Shown piece by piece: positions 37,860 through 50,088 of a stretch of DNA of 64,000 nucleotides; position 1 is the stretch's first letter; each line of letters begins with the position of its first letter. A model generated the notes under the pieces. The model did not search any database. It was not told the origin of the DNA and saw only the letters and a list, made by a program, of their open reading frames with translations. Position numbers and translations under genes: made by a program. This DNA is from Geosiphon pyriformis uo1. Its lineage: Eukaryota; Fungi; Glomeromycota. The stretch is taken from assembly GCA_016748015.1 (NCBI GenBank), contig JAAOMT010000003.1, positions 66,373-130,372 on the forward strand. The letters are read 5' to 3'.

Positions 37860-39039
37860 ATGAAAAAATATATTTGTGAAGAGCGTTGCCTTAAATATGC
37901 ATTATATAAGAAGAAATATATCAAAATATCTTCGCGTATATTGATATTAGCAGGCGTTTTTATGCTTTGCCATTTGATTAGTTTATTGGAAAAAGTCGAA
38001 GCTGTCGAATCAAATCCCTTGGATCAGTATGTATAAACTTTTTAGAAATTTTCAGATAGATTCGGATTTTCTTTTAAAAAATTAAAAAATTAACTTTTCC
38101 TCTCTAAATAAAAGAAATAAATACGACACATTAAAATTCCGTTTTGTGAGGAATATACCCCCGGAATTTCGAGCATTAGAGAAAAGGATAGAACAATCAA
38201 AAACAACCTCGACAACTACAACTACAACTACAACTACAACTTCGACTCCAACAACTTCAACTACGGTAAGAAAGCTTTAATCATACTGTCAAATATAGAG
38301 TTGAATATTAAAAGCAAAAGAACTTTTTCATTCAAAATAGAAACCACCTCTGCCAACTATTGGTAACCCGAATTCTGGAAACACAAATAAAGTGCCAAAT
38401 AGCCCAAATATTGGTAACCCGGATCCTGGAAACACAAATAAAGTGCCAAATAGCCCATCTATTGGTAACCCGAATCCTGGAAACACCAATAAAGTACCTA
38501 ATCCTCCCATCACTCCATCACCTACAATTGGAGTTCCTACAACGACAAGCTCGGCTCCAATAAATACTCCTTCGACCCTAATCCCAACTGTTACTCCAAC
38601 TTCGTAAGTTCTCATGCTTTTTCTTTAACAAAGAATATTTAACTTGGAGAATTTTATAGCTTAAATATTAAAATTTCTTATAAAACCATATAACAAGTAT
38701 CCTCAAAATCAATTTTTTATATTTTCAAAAATTTCAAAAATACTAATTAAGTTTTTTCTCAAAATAAAATCTTTTAATCTTAGATCAAATCCCTCCTCAA
38801 CTACAGATACATCGAAATCATCAAATGAACCAACAACAACTAGTGGAACGACTCATCCAACCACCCCGACAAATACAATAACCCCTCCAACTAATTCCCC
38901 TCCCAAGTCTACTTCTTCTTCCTTGCCAACAGAAACTTCTGGCTGCAATTCAATAATATTGGAAAAAATTACTTTATTGAAAAGATTTATTTTAAAGATT
39001 ATACTTATAACAGGCTTTAGTTGGGCTATGCGTTATTAA
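37860..39039 (+). CDS. Ser/Thr/Pro-rich mucin-like secreted surface protein, putative GPI anchor (~278 aa)
   Basis: Exons 37860-38026, 38115-38265, 38341-38603 and 38784-39039 splice in frame. It has a hydrophobic N-terminal segment (ILILAGVFMLCHLISLL..VEA), a Kex2-like LEKR, poly-Thr, 3x17-aa repeats, an S/T/P tract, then small residues SG and a hydrophobic tail FILKIILITGFSWAMRY*. Confidence 0.8.
38353..38505 (+). repeat. Coding 51-bp tandem repeat x3
   Basis: Units 38353-38403, 38404-38454 and 38455-38505 encode P(T/N/S)IGNP(N/D)(S/P)GNTNKVPN(S/P). Confidence 0.95.
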
Positions 39040-40939
39040 ATGTTTCATTTAACTTAAGTTTTAAAATTTGATTCTTCAAATTTCATAAATAAACTATAAT
39101 AATTTATAAAGATATATATAAATTTTAAAATTTTGAGACTGATATTTTCAATCTCATTAGTTGTGAAATAAGTTCCTCTAATTGATTTGAGCTATATAAC
39201 TATAACTCATTCTAATAATCTATACCTCTAAAATTTCAAATAATCAACCGGGTCCAGCCTGCCTTAAATTTCAAGTAAGCGAAACATGTATCGATTTCCA
39301 AAAGTTATACATTGGAAGAGGTGATGAGTTAAACAACGTGACATTTCTTTTAAAAGCATTTTGCTTATTTTTCTTGCCTTCTCTTATTAAAAAGAAAAAA
39401 TTATTTTATATAATTTTTATATAATTTTTAATTTTAATATAATTTCTTCGTAATTTGGCTTAATTAAGAAATTTAAATTAAACATAACAGATAATTTATT
39501 TTAAAGATAACATACCTTAAAAACATGCTTTTGATATAAAAAAAATTTTTATAAGACATATTTAAGAGAAAAAATAATCAACCTGTTTTGTAAATAATAA
39601 TCAACTTTAAAAATTCCTAAAAATGCTTAAAACTATTAAACAAATATGTAATCAGATTAAAAATGACAACAAATTTATGTGTAATATGTAAAGAAAATAT
39701 TACAATTAATTATAACTACATTTTAATGATTTTTTATTTAAAGCTAAAACTTTTTGTTTGTTCAAGTTTAATAAGTCGGGTATTTTCAAACATCAAAATG
39801 TTATTTTTAGTGATGAATTTAATAATTAGTCATGATTTTTTGAGACAAGTTATTTGAATTTATTTTATTGTTAAATATATTTAATACCGTTTTGATTACA
39901 CTTGCTGTAATTATTAAAATAATTAAAATGTAAAAAACTAAATTAAAAAATTTAATATTTATTATAATATCTTTGGATCGAAAACTATGAATGTGATTAA
40001 TAATATATATTTGTTTTTGTTAAATTATAATGTTTATGTAACATATGTGAGTTTAAAAAGTTGAAACCGGTGTATATTTATTTAAGAAACATAAAAATTT
40101 AAGTTTAATTAATTTAAATTGTTTAATATTTTTTCTAAAATGTTACAATCAATTATAAAACTTTAATAAAAATTATTATTAATTATAATGTTTGACTATA
40201 ACTACACCAATTTTTTTATCCATAGATTATTAATATTTAAAATATTATAGAGTTTAAATTTAAATTAATTATTAATATATCTTTTTTATTGTAATATATT
40301 TTGAGTTATTTATTAAATACTTTATATAAATATATTATTTAAGTAAATTTTGAGACTTAATTAAATATAATATAATATTAAATATTTTGAATTAATAGTA
40401 GAAAAATTTTTAAAGCTCAAATAATTATTGTTAACTTCAATTTATAATAATTTGTAAGATAAACTATAATTTTTTATTGTATACCATAAATTCTTAATAA
40501 AAACATTAATAATCAAATAAAATATTTGTTAGATTTAAATAAAACAAAAATAAAATGATCAAAAATTTTCAAAGAATTTTATTCGTTTATTTATATTCAT
40601 ATTTAACATTTTTAATTTATATAATTAAATTTTCAATTATAAATACTATTTTTTGATTTTTTTTAGACAAAATTACCAAAAAAATAATTTTAATAATAAT
40701 TATATCAATAATTAAATTAATTATAAAATTAATACTTTTTTCCAAAACAACTACATATCACTAATTATAAATAGTTAATATCAAATAACAAAATGAGGTT
40801 GCTAAAAAAAATAAATTTTAAGCAATAAGAATTCATTAATAAATCAATTTATTATTTATATGTACAGAATTCTATTTTAATAAAACTTTAATCATATTTA
40901 TTATTAAAATAACAATTAAACAAAATATTCTTCACCATC

Positions 40940-41090
40940 ATAAACACTCTCATCCTCTTCTGTCTGGCTCTCAGTGACAACCCTAATTACACTTTCCAAG
41001 TTGAGATCGGAAAGAATGATTCAGTCAGCACGCTCAAAGAGAAAATCAAAGATAAAACGCCTAGTTTTATCACTTTGCTGCACAAACTTG
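40940..41090 (+). pseudogene. Crinkler (CRN) N-terminal ubiquitin-like domain relic
   Basis: (ATA)NTLILFCLALSDNPNYTFQVEIGKNDSVSTLKEKIKDKTP matches the CRN header pattern LFCL...F.V.I...DSV..LK..IK. The presumed ATG is mutated to ATA at 40940; frameshifted YHFAA follows, then truncation. Confidence 0.75.
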
Positions 41091-41249
41091 AAAGAAAACG
41101 ATTGGCTGAAAATCTTGACTTAATGTTATTTCATTTTTTCTCTCTATCAAATTTACAGACTTAGGATTCAGTTTTAAACTTAAATTAATAGTGAATATAA
41201 AAGCCTAAAATTTAAACTTTTATCAATTTGATATCATAATCTTCTAACT

Positions 41250-42230
41250 TTTACGCTTTCAAATTGAAAGTGTTTTGCATAGTTTTTGGTGGTTTTTTGT
41301 TAGCCTGAAGGATTTAGTTTTGCTAGCAAAGGACTACATGGGGGTTTTTTAATATTGATTTAGAGGATGAAGAGTGACAAAATTGTAATCCCAATAGTTT
41401 TTTTCGGGATCAGTTATGCCCATAACCACACGATCTTGGAGAAAATTATTGCGTTTTCTACGAAATTTGAAATTTCTTTACTCGGCTGGTTCCTTGAAAT
41501 TCCAAATTGGCTGGTTCAATACATTTTTTGAGTGTTGTTACCGTGTACCACAGATCTTACTCTCCTACTTTTATGTTTTGTTTCATTTGCTTGTAATTGT
41601 TTTTGGGTGAAAATAGTTGAAGTAAGATAAAATGTACTTTGACGGGCTTTTAGAACTAGATTTGAAAAGTAAATTTCAAAGTTCGATAAATCTATTAAAT
41701 CTGCAAGTTTTTATATTCATAAAATTTTCATTAACCAATTCTATGTATATTCATATTCATTATTTGGATTTTTATTTCTCTTGTATATGCACTCTTTTCT
41801 TTTTTAATCTTGAAAATAAATGGGATTATCATTTAAAATTATCTAATTATAAATTCAGTAACAAAGACATCCTTGAATTATAAAACTTTAATTTGATTAT
41901 ATTTCATTTACAAAAAATAAATTTTTAAAGCCTTATCTATGGAAATTTATTTTCTAATAAAAGAATTAATTACTTAGGGGTTTTCCAATGTATTTTTAAT
42001 AAGGACACTCTAGGTTTGAGTAATGGTAAAATTTAAAGAATTTTTAAATTCCTACGTGTTAATTTGTAAAGCATGTAAACCATTTTTCGCACGTTCATTA
42101 TTTACAAGTGTTAGCATTGAAATCGGGCTAGTGAGAACAATACTGATAGTGAAAGCAAAGACGAAAGAGAAATTGATAAAAATATCATTCCGAAAGGTTT
42201 CTTTTTTGAAAAAAGCTTTTCGCGGGAAAA
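41250..42230 (-). pseudogene. Rearranged pseudogene paralog of the CAP gene at 62931-63686
   Basis: 42045-42230 resembles CAP exon 1 and its flank (FVFAFTISIVLTSPISMLTLVNNERAKNGLHALQIN, ATG out of frame). 41250-41460 resembles exon 3 (MGITDPEKNYWDYNFVT vs MGVNNNYWTQNFAT). 41460-41860 is the reverse complement of the CAP 3' flank (62460-62940). Exon 2 was not found. Confidence 0.8.
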
Positions 42231-45200
42231 ATAATCCTAAGATTTATATTTTAGCAAAGAGGTTGAATTAAGGAATGCGACCTCCCTATATTCTAAGAGA
42301 CCCAAACAACTCATACCCTCACCTATTGGCTTACCAATTATAATATGTTGAAGGGTATTTTTTTCGAAACAGTACCTAAATGAGCCAAACACTGGATTTC
42401 AAAGATACAAATAATACATTTAGTTGAAAAATAATAAAGATAAGAATAAGGATTTCGTTTTTCCTTTTGTACGACTATATTCAATGATTGTAGCTGCAAT
42501 TAAAAAAAATATAAAGCTTTCTCATCATAGAGTTTCTTTATTTACGACAAGTTTCATAGGTTAAATGAACCAAGTTTCTCTTACCCGGGATCCAGCAATA
42601 TCTCCAACCAGCCATGTTCAAATAAAAATTGATTAAGATTTTCTACTAAAATATCTAAATTTTATTCTGAACTTACCTAATTCCAAAAAATCAACATGTT
42701 AATTTAACTTTCTTAAAAAATAATATTACTTTTGTGTTTTTTGGTATTTGGACTTTTAATATGAATTGTAATTTACAACAATAACAAATGTGTTATGTAT
42801 TAAAACTGTTTAAGCTACAGAATAAAAATAATTGTATGAATTTATTTTCTAAAGTATAAAAATTAAAAAACATATAAAAGCTAAAATGTGTGTAAAAGAT
42901 AAATAAATTATTATTAAATAAAATAAAATATGGTTATTGCATAATTTTGAGTAAAAAAGTTATTAAAATGTTTGCTTTTAAACGAAAATCAGCTTTTTAT
43001 TTATATTTGTTTAAAGAAAGCAATCTGTAAAACTGAAAAAAATTAAGATCGAAAATACTATTTAGAAAACTATATATTAATAAGTTTTTCAAAAAATGAA
43101 TGGTGTTTAAATGCTTAATTTAAAAATAATCAAGAAAACATAATGATTTGAAAATAACTCTTTTAATTTTATGTTTGCAATATTTTGATAAAATGTTTTT
43201 GATAATGTTGTTACCAGTTAAATTGATCAAAAAGTAATATAAATTATTCTTAATTTCTAGTATTAATTTAGCATCACATTTATTATTTCAAATTATATAG
43301 TAATAAAAAGTTAAAAAATTTGTTAAAATCTTTGTGACAATAATAAGGCTTCAATTTAAAATAGTACTTTTCAAAAATTCATAAAAAAGCGAAAAATGTG
43401 ACAATTTTTTTTAACCATAACATAATTGAAAAACAATGATTATTAAATTAAAAATAAAAGATTTTAACAATTTGGTTTTTGGATTAAATCTGAAACTTTG
43501 TGCAACTAAAAATTGCTAACAATTGACAAAATCTTAAACTTGAATTATTAAAAGAAGTTAACATACAATTAGAATACAACAATTGACAAAATCAATTAAG
43601 TAATTATCAAAAAAACACTTCTAATACCAAAATGTTTTTATGGTAACAGCATGTAAAATAATTTTTTGAGTAATGAATAAAAATTAAAAATTAGAAATAA
43701 TGGTTTTAATATAAAAAAATGTATTTAGAAATTAATAAAAAATTGAAAGAAAATGTGCAGAAAAAAGAAAATCGTTTATTAAAAATTTTAGTAAAAATAG
43801 ATTTAATTAATTGAATTATTAACTTATTTGATTCAGAAACTAATAATTTAATTATGATTACACAATTAAAATGAATCAGTTAATTATTTTTTTGGCAACT
43901 ATTTTTGGGTTTTAATTTTAAATTTTAAATTGTATTTACATAATAGTATTAAAATTCTAACATTGATAGAATAAAAACAAAATTCAGCAACTTAAAAGAA
44001 AAGGATTATATGTTAAAATTTGTAGTCTAAGCTTTTTAATTATTTTCTACTTTTTTTTGATTTGCAATTGGACAAAAAAAGCTGAATAATAAAATTGAAG
44101 AGCATTTGATGGCTTATGAGCGCAAAAGTTAAACGCCTTTCTATCCAAAGGAAAAATAATGATTGTATGCTATTAATAAATAGTGCTTTCCTTTTATTAG
44201 CAAAACCAACTAATATAACATTAGATTCTTGGTTGTATGAAACTTCACAGAATTCCTCTTTGCCCAAAAGTCTCAGCTGATCTTATGCCGTTTTTTACCA
44301 CCAAGCTCTATAATAATTTTCCCACTGTTCATGCCTACCAGGCAGACCAAGACGTAAATACTTGACCCTTTTCTCTTAGTAAATGTCATGGCAGAGTTAA
44401 TTAGCAAATGGAATTGCAGCTGAAAGAAAGCCTTTGGGTAAATTTTATTAATAGCATTTGCAATTTCAAAAACAGAATATCATCAATCTTTGGTTACAGA
44501 GGAGATATAATAAAAACGATAAATTAGGTGATCGGATAGGTGAGATGCAAAATGATAACAATGAGAATCCCGGTTCATTAAAAATTAAGATTAAAGTAGG
44601 TAAATGAATTCTTAATAAAGAATTCCAAATTATTAAAGCTTATTATTTTTTCTCATCAGTTGTTTACTCAATAAACAATCACGAATACTACTGATTCAAG
44701 CATAAAATATGTATACTTCATATTAATCTATTAAGACATAATGCATTTTATTTTTAAGATTTTTGCAAAATATTTTAACATTACCAAATCAGATTTATAA
44801 AGTGCAAAACATCATTATTTTTCTTAAAAAAATAACAAAACAATGAAATAGCTAGTACAGCTACTAATCAATACAATTAATTTTATATTCTTAAAATTGT
44901 TTTGAAAAACAACTCTTAATCACAAATATATATTACAAATTGTGTCTTTGAAAAAGTAACCAGGTTGATTTGGCGTTCTTAAAATAACTTAAATCTTACA
45001 AATTATTAAGTTTTTATTGTACAATTGAAACTTGTGCTTAAAACTAATGAATTTCTCAATAAAATTTTTCTTATATATTTTTTTATTTGGTCAATTTTGT
45101 GCTTGATACTAAATAATCTAAACGAATATTTTTTTACAATATATATTTGTTTAATTGTACAAAAAAAGATAAGTATTTATATTCAATACTTAATAAAGTT

Positions 45201-47196
45201 TTTGATTTTTTACGATTATAACGAATTTATAAATGTTAAAAATAAAGAAACTTTGAAACTCAAATAATTAAAATGAATAAAACATTAATATACTTTATTT
45301 ATTTGTTAAAAACAACAACAACAACAATATTATTATTATTATTATTATTAATGAATTTCTCTTAATATCAACTTTCTTAATAATGGGTAATACATAATTT
45401 TTGAAAAAATTTATTTGCAAAAATTTCAGCACTATAAATGATTCTTTGCAATATTAATTATCAAAATTTAATATTTTATTAAAAATTGTGTAAAGCTTAA
45501 ATTTAAGAAATAGACATTAAAAATTTCAATATCTGCGTCAATAAAAGCAAATATTATTAGGACTTTTTAAGTTGCAGAATGCTGTAACAAAATTAGCTTT
45601 TATTAAACTTTGGTTTTCAATCTAAAAACTTGAAAATTAGAATTTTTAATAATAATAATATTATTTTGTTTTTGATTAATATAATATTTAACAGAGTATT
45701 ATGGCACTCTTTGAAATTTTAAGATGCCTATCAAATAAAAATAATTAATATTAACCTAAAATTTTGTTATCATGAATTAGGAAATTAATAACATTTGTGT
45801 TATCCATCTTAAGTATAGTTAATAAAGTAAGACAATTTTTTCTCATCAAATCCTAATTTTTATCTGGTCTTAGGTTATTGTATCGTTTCGTTTTTAATTT
45901 ACACCAAATTCTATGCTATTGAAAAATGGTGTCCAAAAGATTAGCCTAATTTATCTTAAAAACGCAAAAATTAATAGGAAGAATGTGAATTTTTCGGAAA
46001 AAATATAACACTTTTTTAAAATGCAAATCAAAATTTTATGAATCATTTGTTGTTTATATGCTACTAACTATATTTATATTTTTTATTTCCCAAATTATTC
46101 TAAATATGGGTATCTATATTATTTCAATGGCAAATCAATGAAAAGAATAAGCAAAAACGAGAAAGAAAAGAAGCTTAATTATAAAAATATGAAATTTTCT
46201 CAAAAAAAAAGGAAATAATTAGACTTTTGAGTTAATTACATTGTCGTAATTATTATGGAAAATTTTGAGCTAATAAAGACAAATTAGTAAGTACTAAAAA
46301 TTACGGTAATAGTAACACTTCTAGAAATTCTTGGAAAGGTTAAATTATCGACAATTCCACTCTGCTAGAATCAAATAATAATAATGAACATCAATTTTAA
46401 TAATAGAAGCTTAAATGGCGTGGATGAGAAGCCGTTTAATCTCTCAAATGAAGCTGTTAAATTCTAAATTATTTGATTCAAACGCAATCAAAATTTGACT
46501 TGAGCAAAATATCCACAAAATGGGGGTCAATATAAACATCTTTTCTGTCAACAAATTAATATTTTTCTCATGAGCTTGGTAGTCATTAAAAATTTTATTT
46601 AATTTTATTGTGTATAGAATTGTAGAATGGGAAAAGAGATGAAGATAGTTTCGAAGAAGGCTATAATTAACATTACAAAATAGTTTTCATTGTAACTGAT
46701 ATTTCTTTTGATATTAAGAAGAATCAAGATTAAATCAGGTGGAGGTATCAAAGTAGAAGATTGATTTTTATAGATTTTTTATTGGTGCTTGATTGGAATG
46801 GGTAATTTTTAAGAAAAACTCATTCTTAAATTATGACTTGACTTTTAATATAAGAATCAAACTTTTACAATCTAGTATGCTATTGAAACATGATCGAGTT
46901 TTTGGAAAGCTTTAATTTCATAATAAATGTAACAAATATTCCTATTAGTAGCAATAGAAATTTCCACGCCTAAAATGATTCAATCAAAAAAAAGATAACT
47001 GGAAGGATGCCAATAAAACGACTCGTGTTTCCAAAAGATTAAAGCCTCAATCAATGATAATCTACACATTCTTTATCATTAGTGATCTTTGATAAATTAC
47101 ACAAAGTATATAAAATAGAAAATTTATCACTACCAAACTTATATGTTTACAATTTCAGCACCTCAATCAATATAGAGAACGAACGCTTTTAAGAGT

Positions 47197-47643
47197 ATGA
47201 ATCATCAACGCAACCTTGAGGGCTGCAAGAGTTATCTTAACAGTCGACCTCAAATTTCATGTTTGGATTCAAATCATTTGGGTAATGTAGAAGCCAGGGT
47301 TGAAGATTGGGTGAGTTTTGGATTCAATCATGAACTATATGGGTTTTCTGATCAATCCGTTCCCTAATTGACTTTAAATACAACCAATTTAACCAAGCTA
47401 TACATCTGTTGCACCTTTCTTACGGAACGTCGTGTTCTTATATTCCCGCGAACAGGATCTCTCGCATTTCTACAAGATCGTGTTCGACACAGATTCGGAT
47501 ACGATGGAGGTTCATTTTATCATCGAAACGATAATCGTGTGATGATTGAAGTTCACAAAGAATATGACTGGCAAGTAGCTAAATGGGAAGCAACTCTCGC
47601 AACTCAGACCACTTTGATTCGTCTTGAGTTGTACTTTGGATAG
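47197..47643 (+). CDS. Small stand-alone PB1-like domain protein (~119 aa)
   Basis: Exon 47197-47310, GTGAGT..AAG intron, exon 47398-47643; TATATAAA at ~47107. LYICCTFLTERRVLIFPRTGSLAFLQDRVRHRFG..SFYHRNDNRVMIEVHKEYDWQVAKWE..IRLELYFG fits the PB1 beta-beta-alpha-beta-beta-alpha-beta pattern. Confidence 0.7.
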
Positions 47644-48953
47644 CCCAGAAAGTAGGTTAGTTTTGTGCTGATCTGAGCGAATGAGCGATTTCTTTTTGAA
47701 TAGTGCTTATAGTCATTTTGAAGGTTATGAAAATTTCTATTTTAAAAATGAAGGTAACCAATTTGCTACTTTTTTAGGACAAAAAATCTCAATGTCATTG
47801 GATACTTTCCTACACATAAGGGGAAGAGCCTCATAAATAGGTTACGATATTTGGATTTGAGAAGTAATTTGAACATGCTCGATCGGAAATCTTCAAGAAA
47901 GCATTAATATCTCTCGATGGCAAGATGTTTTGTATGCACGCAAATCTAGGAAAGGAAATGGAGGAAGGTTTTCATCAAGGTTCAAGAATCAATCTAGTGT
48001 TTGAAATGAAAATTTTAGTATTTTTCTAAAACTCTAAGTGAAGATGAAAAAATTTTCTCTCTTATACGTAATGTATACGAAATTTGTCTAATGCTTTAAA
48101 AAAATGAATAAATTCCTCAAGAAGTTAGACCGAGCTTGCTTTTGATATCGGTTTATAGTAATTTTGGAGAGGATTCGAATTTTCAAGAGAGATATTTTCT
48201 TCCCCAAAAATGTGATTTTCGTCAAATCCAAGTATAATGATATGGTTATTCATAATAATTTGGACTATTTTAGTTCATGAGCTAGTAATTCCAAGTGGTC
48301 CCCAGCTTTGAAAATCTTTCTTAATAAAGGGCGGGGGATTAAATATACTTATAAAGTATATATTTCCGGAAAATCTTGATACGATGCAAAAATTATTCCA
48401 TTAATTAATTCCAAAATGCAGGCGAAAAGTTTTAAATAAGATTTATCCCTTTTTTCTTATTTTAGATTAGCGAAAAAAAGAGAATTTTCCACATTATATT
48501 TTTTGGTGTTTAGATCAGGAATAAGCTTCTTGAAATTTATTAAAATTCAATTCCCCTATTAAACCTAAAACTCTGATTCAACCGAGAAAAAAAATCATTA
48601 CAAAGAACCAATCAAACCGCTAAGGTAAATTATAATGACGATCCAATTGGCAAATTTCGAAAATCTTCCTAAACTATCTTTAAATATGTAGAACTTTTGG
48701 CGTTCGACAATTGAAACTTCTAGCCTTTTCTGCGATTAAAGTTTTTTTATAAAAAAACCCCACAATAATTGGATCGTTAATTCACGGGATGATTGTGTGA
48801 GAATTTCTGGGTGAATTTTAAATTTTATTGACATCAATCTTGCGTCATTTTAAATTGATTAGTTAATTAATCGTATCACTAGTGATGTGCTCATTTAATT
48901 CGCGAAAACAAACATTTTCTCAGAATAATCGATGAAAATTTTTTTGCTTAACA

Positions 48954-49533
48954 ATGCCTATCAATAAAATACTAATTAGTTGCTTAGTAATGCATATTGC
49001 CCTTATTGACATCCCCGCCGTCATCTTTTCCGTCGCAGTTTAAAAGATTTTCATCTTTAAAAAAATACTTACAGTAGCTTACACAAAATTACATGTGATG
49101 GCAAACTAACAAAACTAATGAGTGGAAGTTTACCTGGGTATAGGAAACGCAAAACAGCTCCGCGGATGGCTCTGTTCATGCAGCCTTCATAGATTCTGGC
49201 ATTCGTAGATCATTCACGTGTAGAAAACATGACGTATTGTTTGTCTTTGCGTCTATATAGATAATTTGATATCACAATCAACCTCCAAGAAGGCATGTAT
49301 TCGGCGAAAAATTATGCGCTTGCAAAGTGAAATTCAGCGCCATTATCGTCTTTATCCATTACAGTCCTAAAATTCGGGCGTTTGTATACCTCGGACCTTC
49401 CGATTCTTTGTACACCAAATTCTTCTGCTTTGTTTTCCCACTCACCTCGAACGGCGGCGAGATGAGGGTAGCGTCGAACTCACAAATAAAAAATGCCGTA
49501 GGAGATCATGCAGGAAATAGTAGCAATGCCTAA
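48954..49533 (+). pseudogene. Possible decayed secreted-protein gene
   Basis: GC-richer island beginning with signal-peptide-like MPINKILISCLVMHIALIDIPAVIFSVAV*, then long frames broken by stops; no family recognised. Confidence 0.3.
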
Positions 49534-50088
49534 TATTACCCATTATTGATTTATTTACTAAACATACTTTGTTATGAAACACGAATTGAAATTTTATTGA
49601 TTTTTTTTCAGAATATTTGTAATATTTCTTCGTTTCATGGAAAAAAATAAATGATAAAAATAAAATAAAGCTCTTTAGTTTAGTGAGAAAAATCTAAGTT
49701 TTAATATGTAACAAGTAAAAGATTCTAAACATAATTTTCAAGAAAATGAGAAACATTTTCGACCAGCTTTTTACATAATTTCTTTTACAAAAATTTTCTG
49801 CCGCTTATTTTTGAGAAGCATAGTTTTTTGATCTAGAGAGAGCTCATTTAAAGGAATATTCATAAAAATTTATGTACAAATTAAGGGATAATTATATTTT
49901 AAATGTATCTACAAATTGAAAAATGAAAGAAAAAGAAGGAGCAAAAGGATAAAAATACCAAGAAAAAAAGGTTGAGTATATATGTTGATGTTAAAAAAGC
50001 TTTTGTTTCATGTTTTTAATCTTAAAAATCTTTCAAAGATTTGCATGTAAAAAAAAGTGAGATTACAAGGGATAAAATCGACCAATAA

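Noticed and set aside
46368-46479. 12-bp inverted repeat with inner 9-bp hairpin
   Set aside because: A/T-rich arms of this length are expected by chance in this composition.
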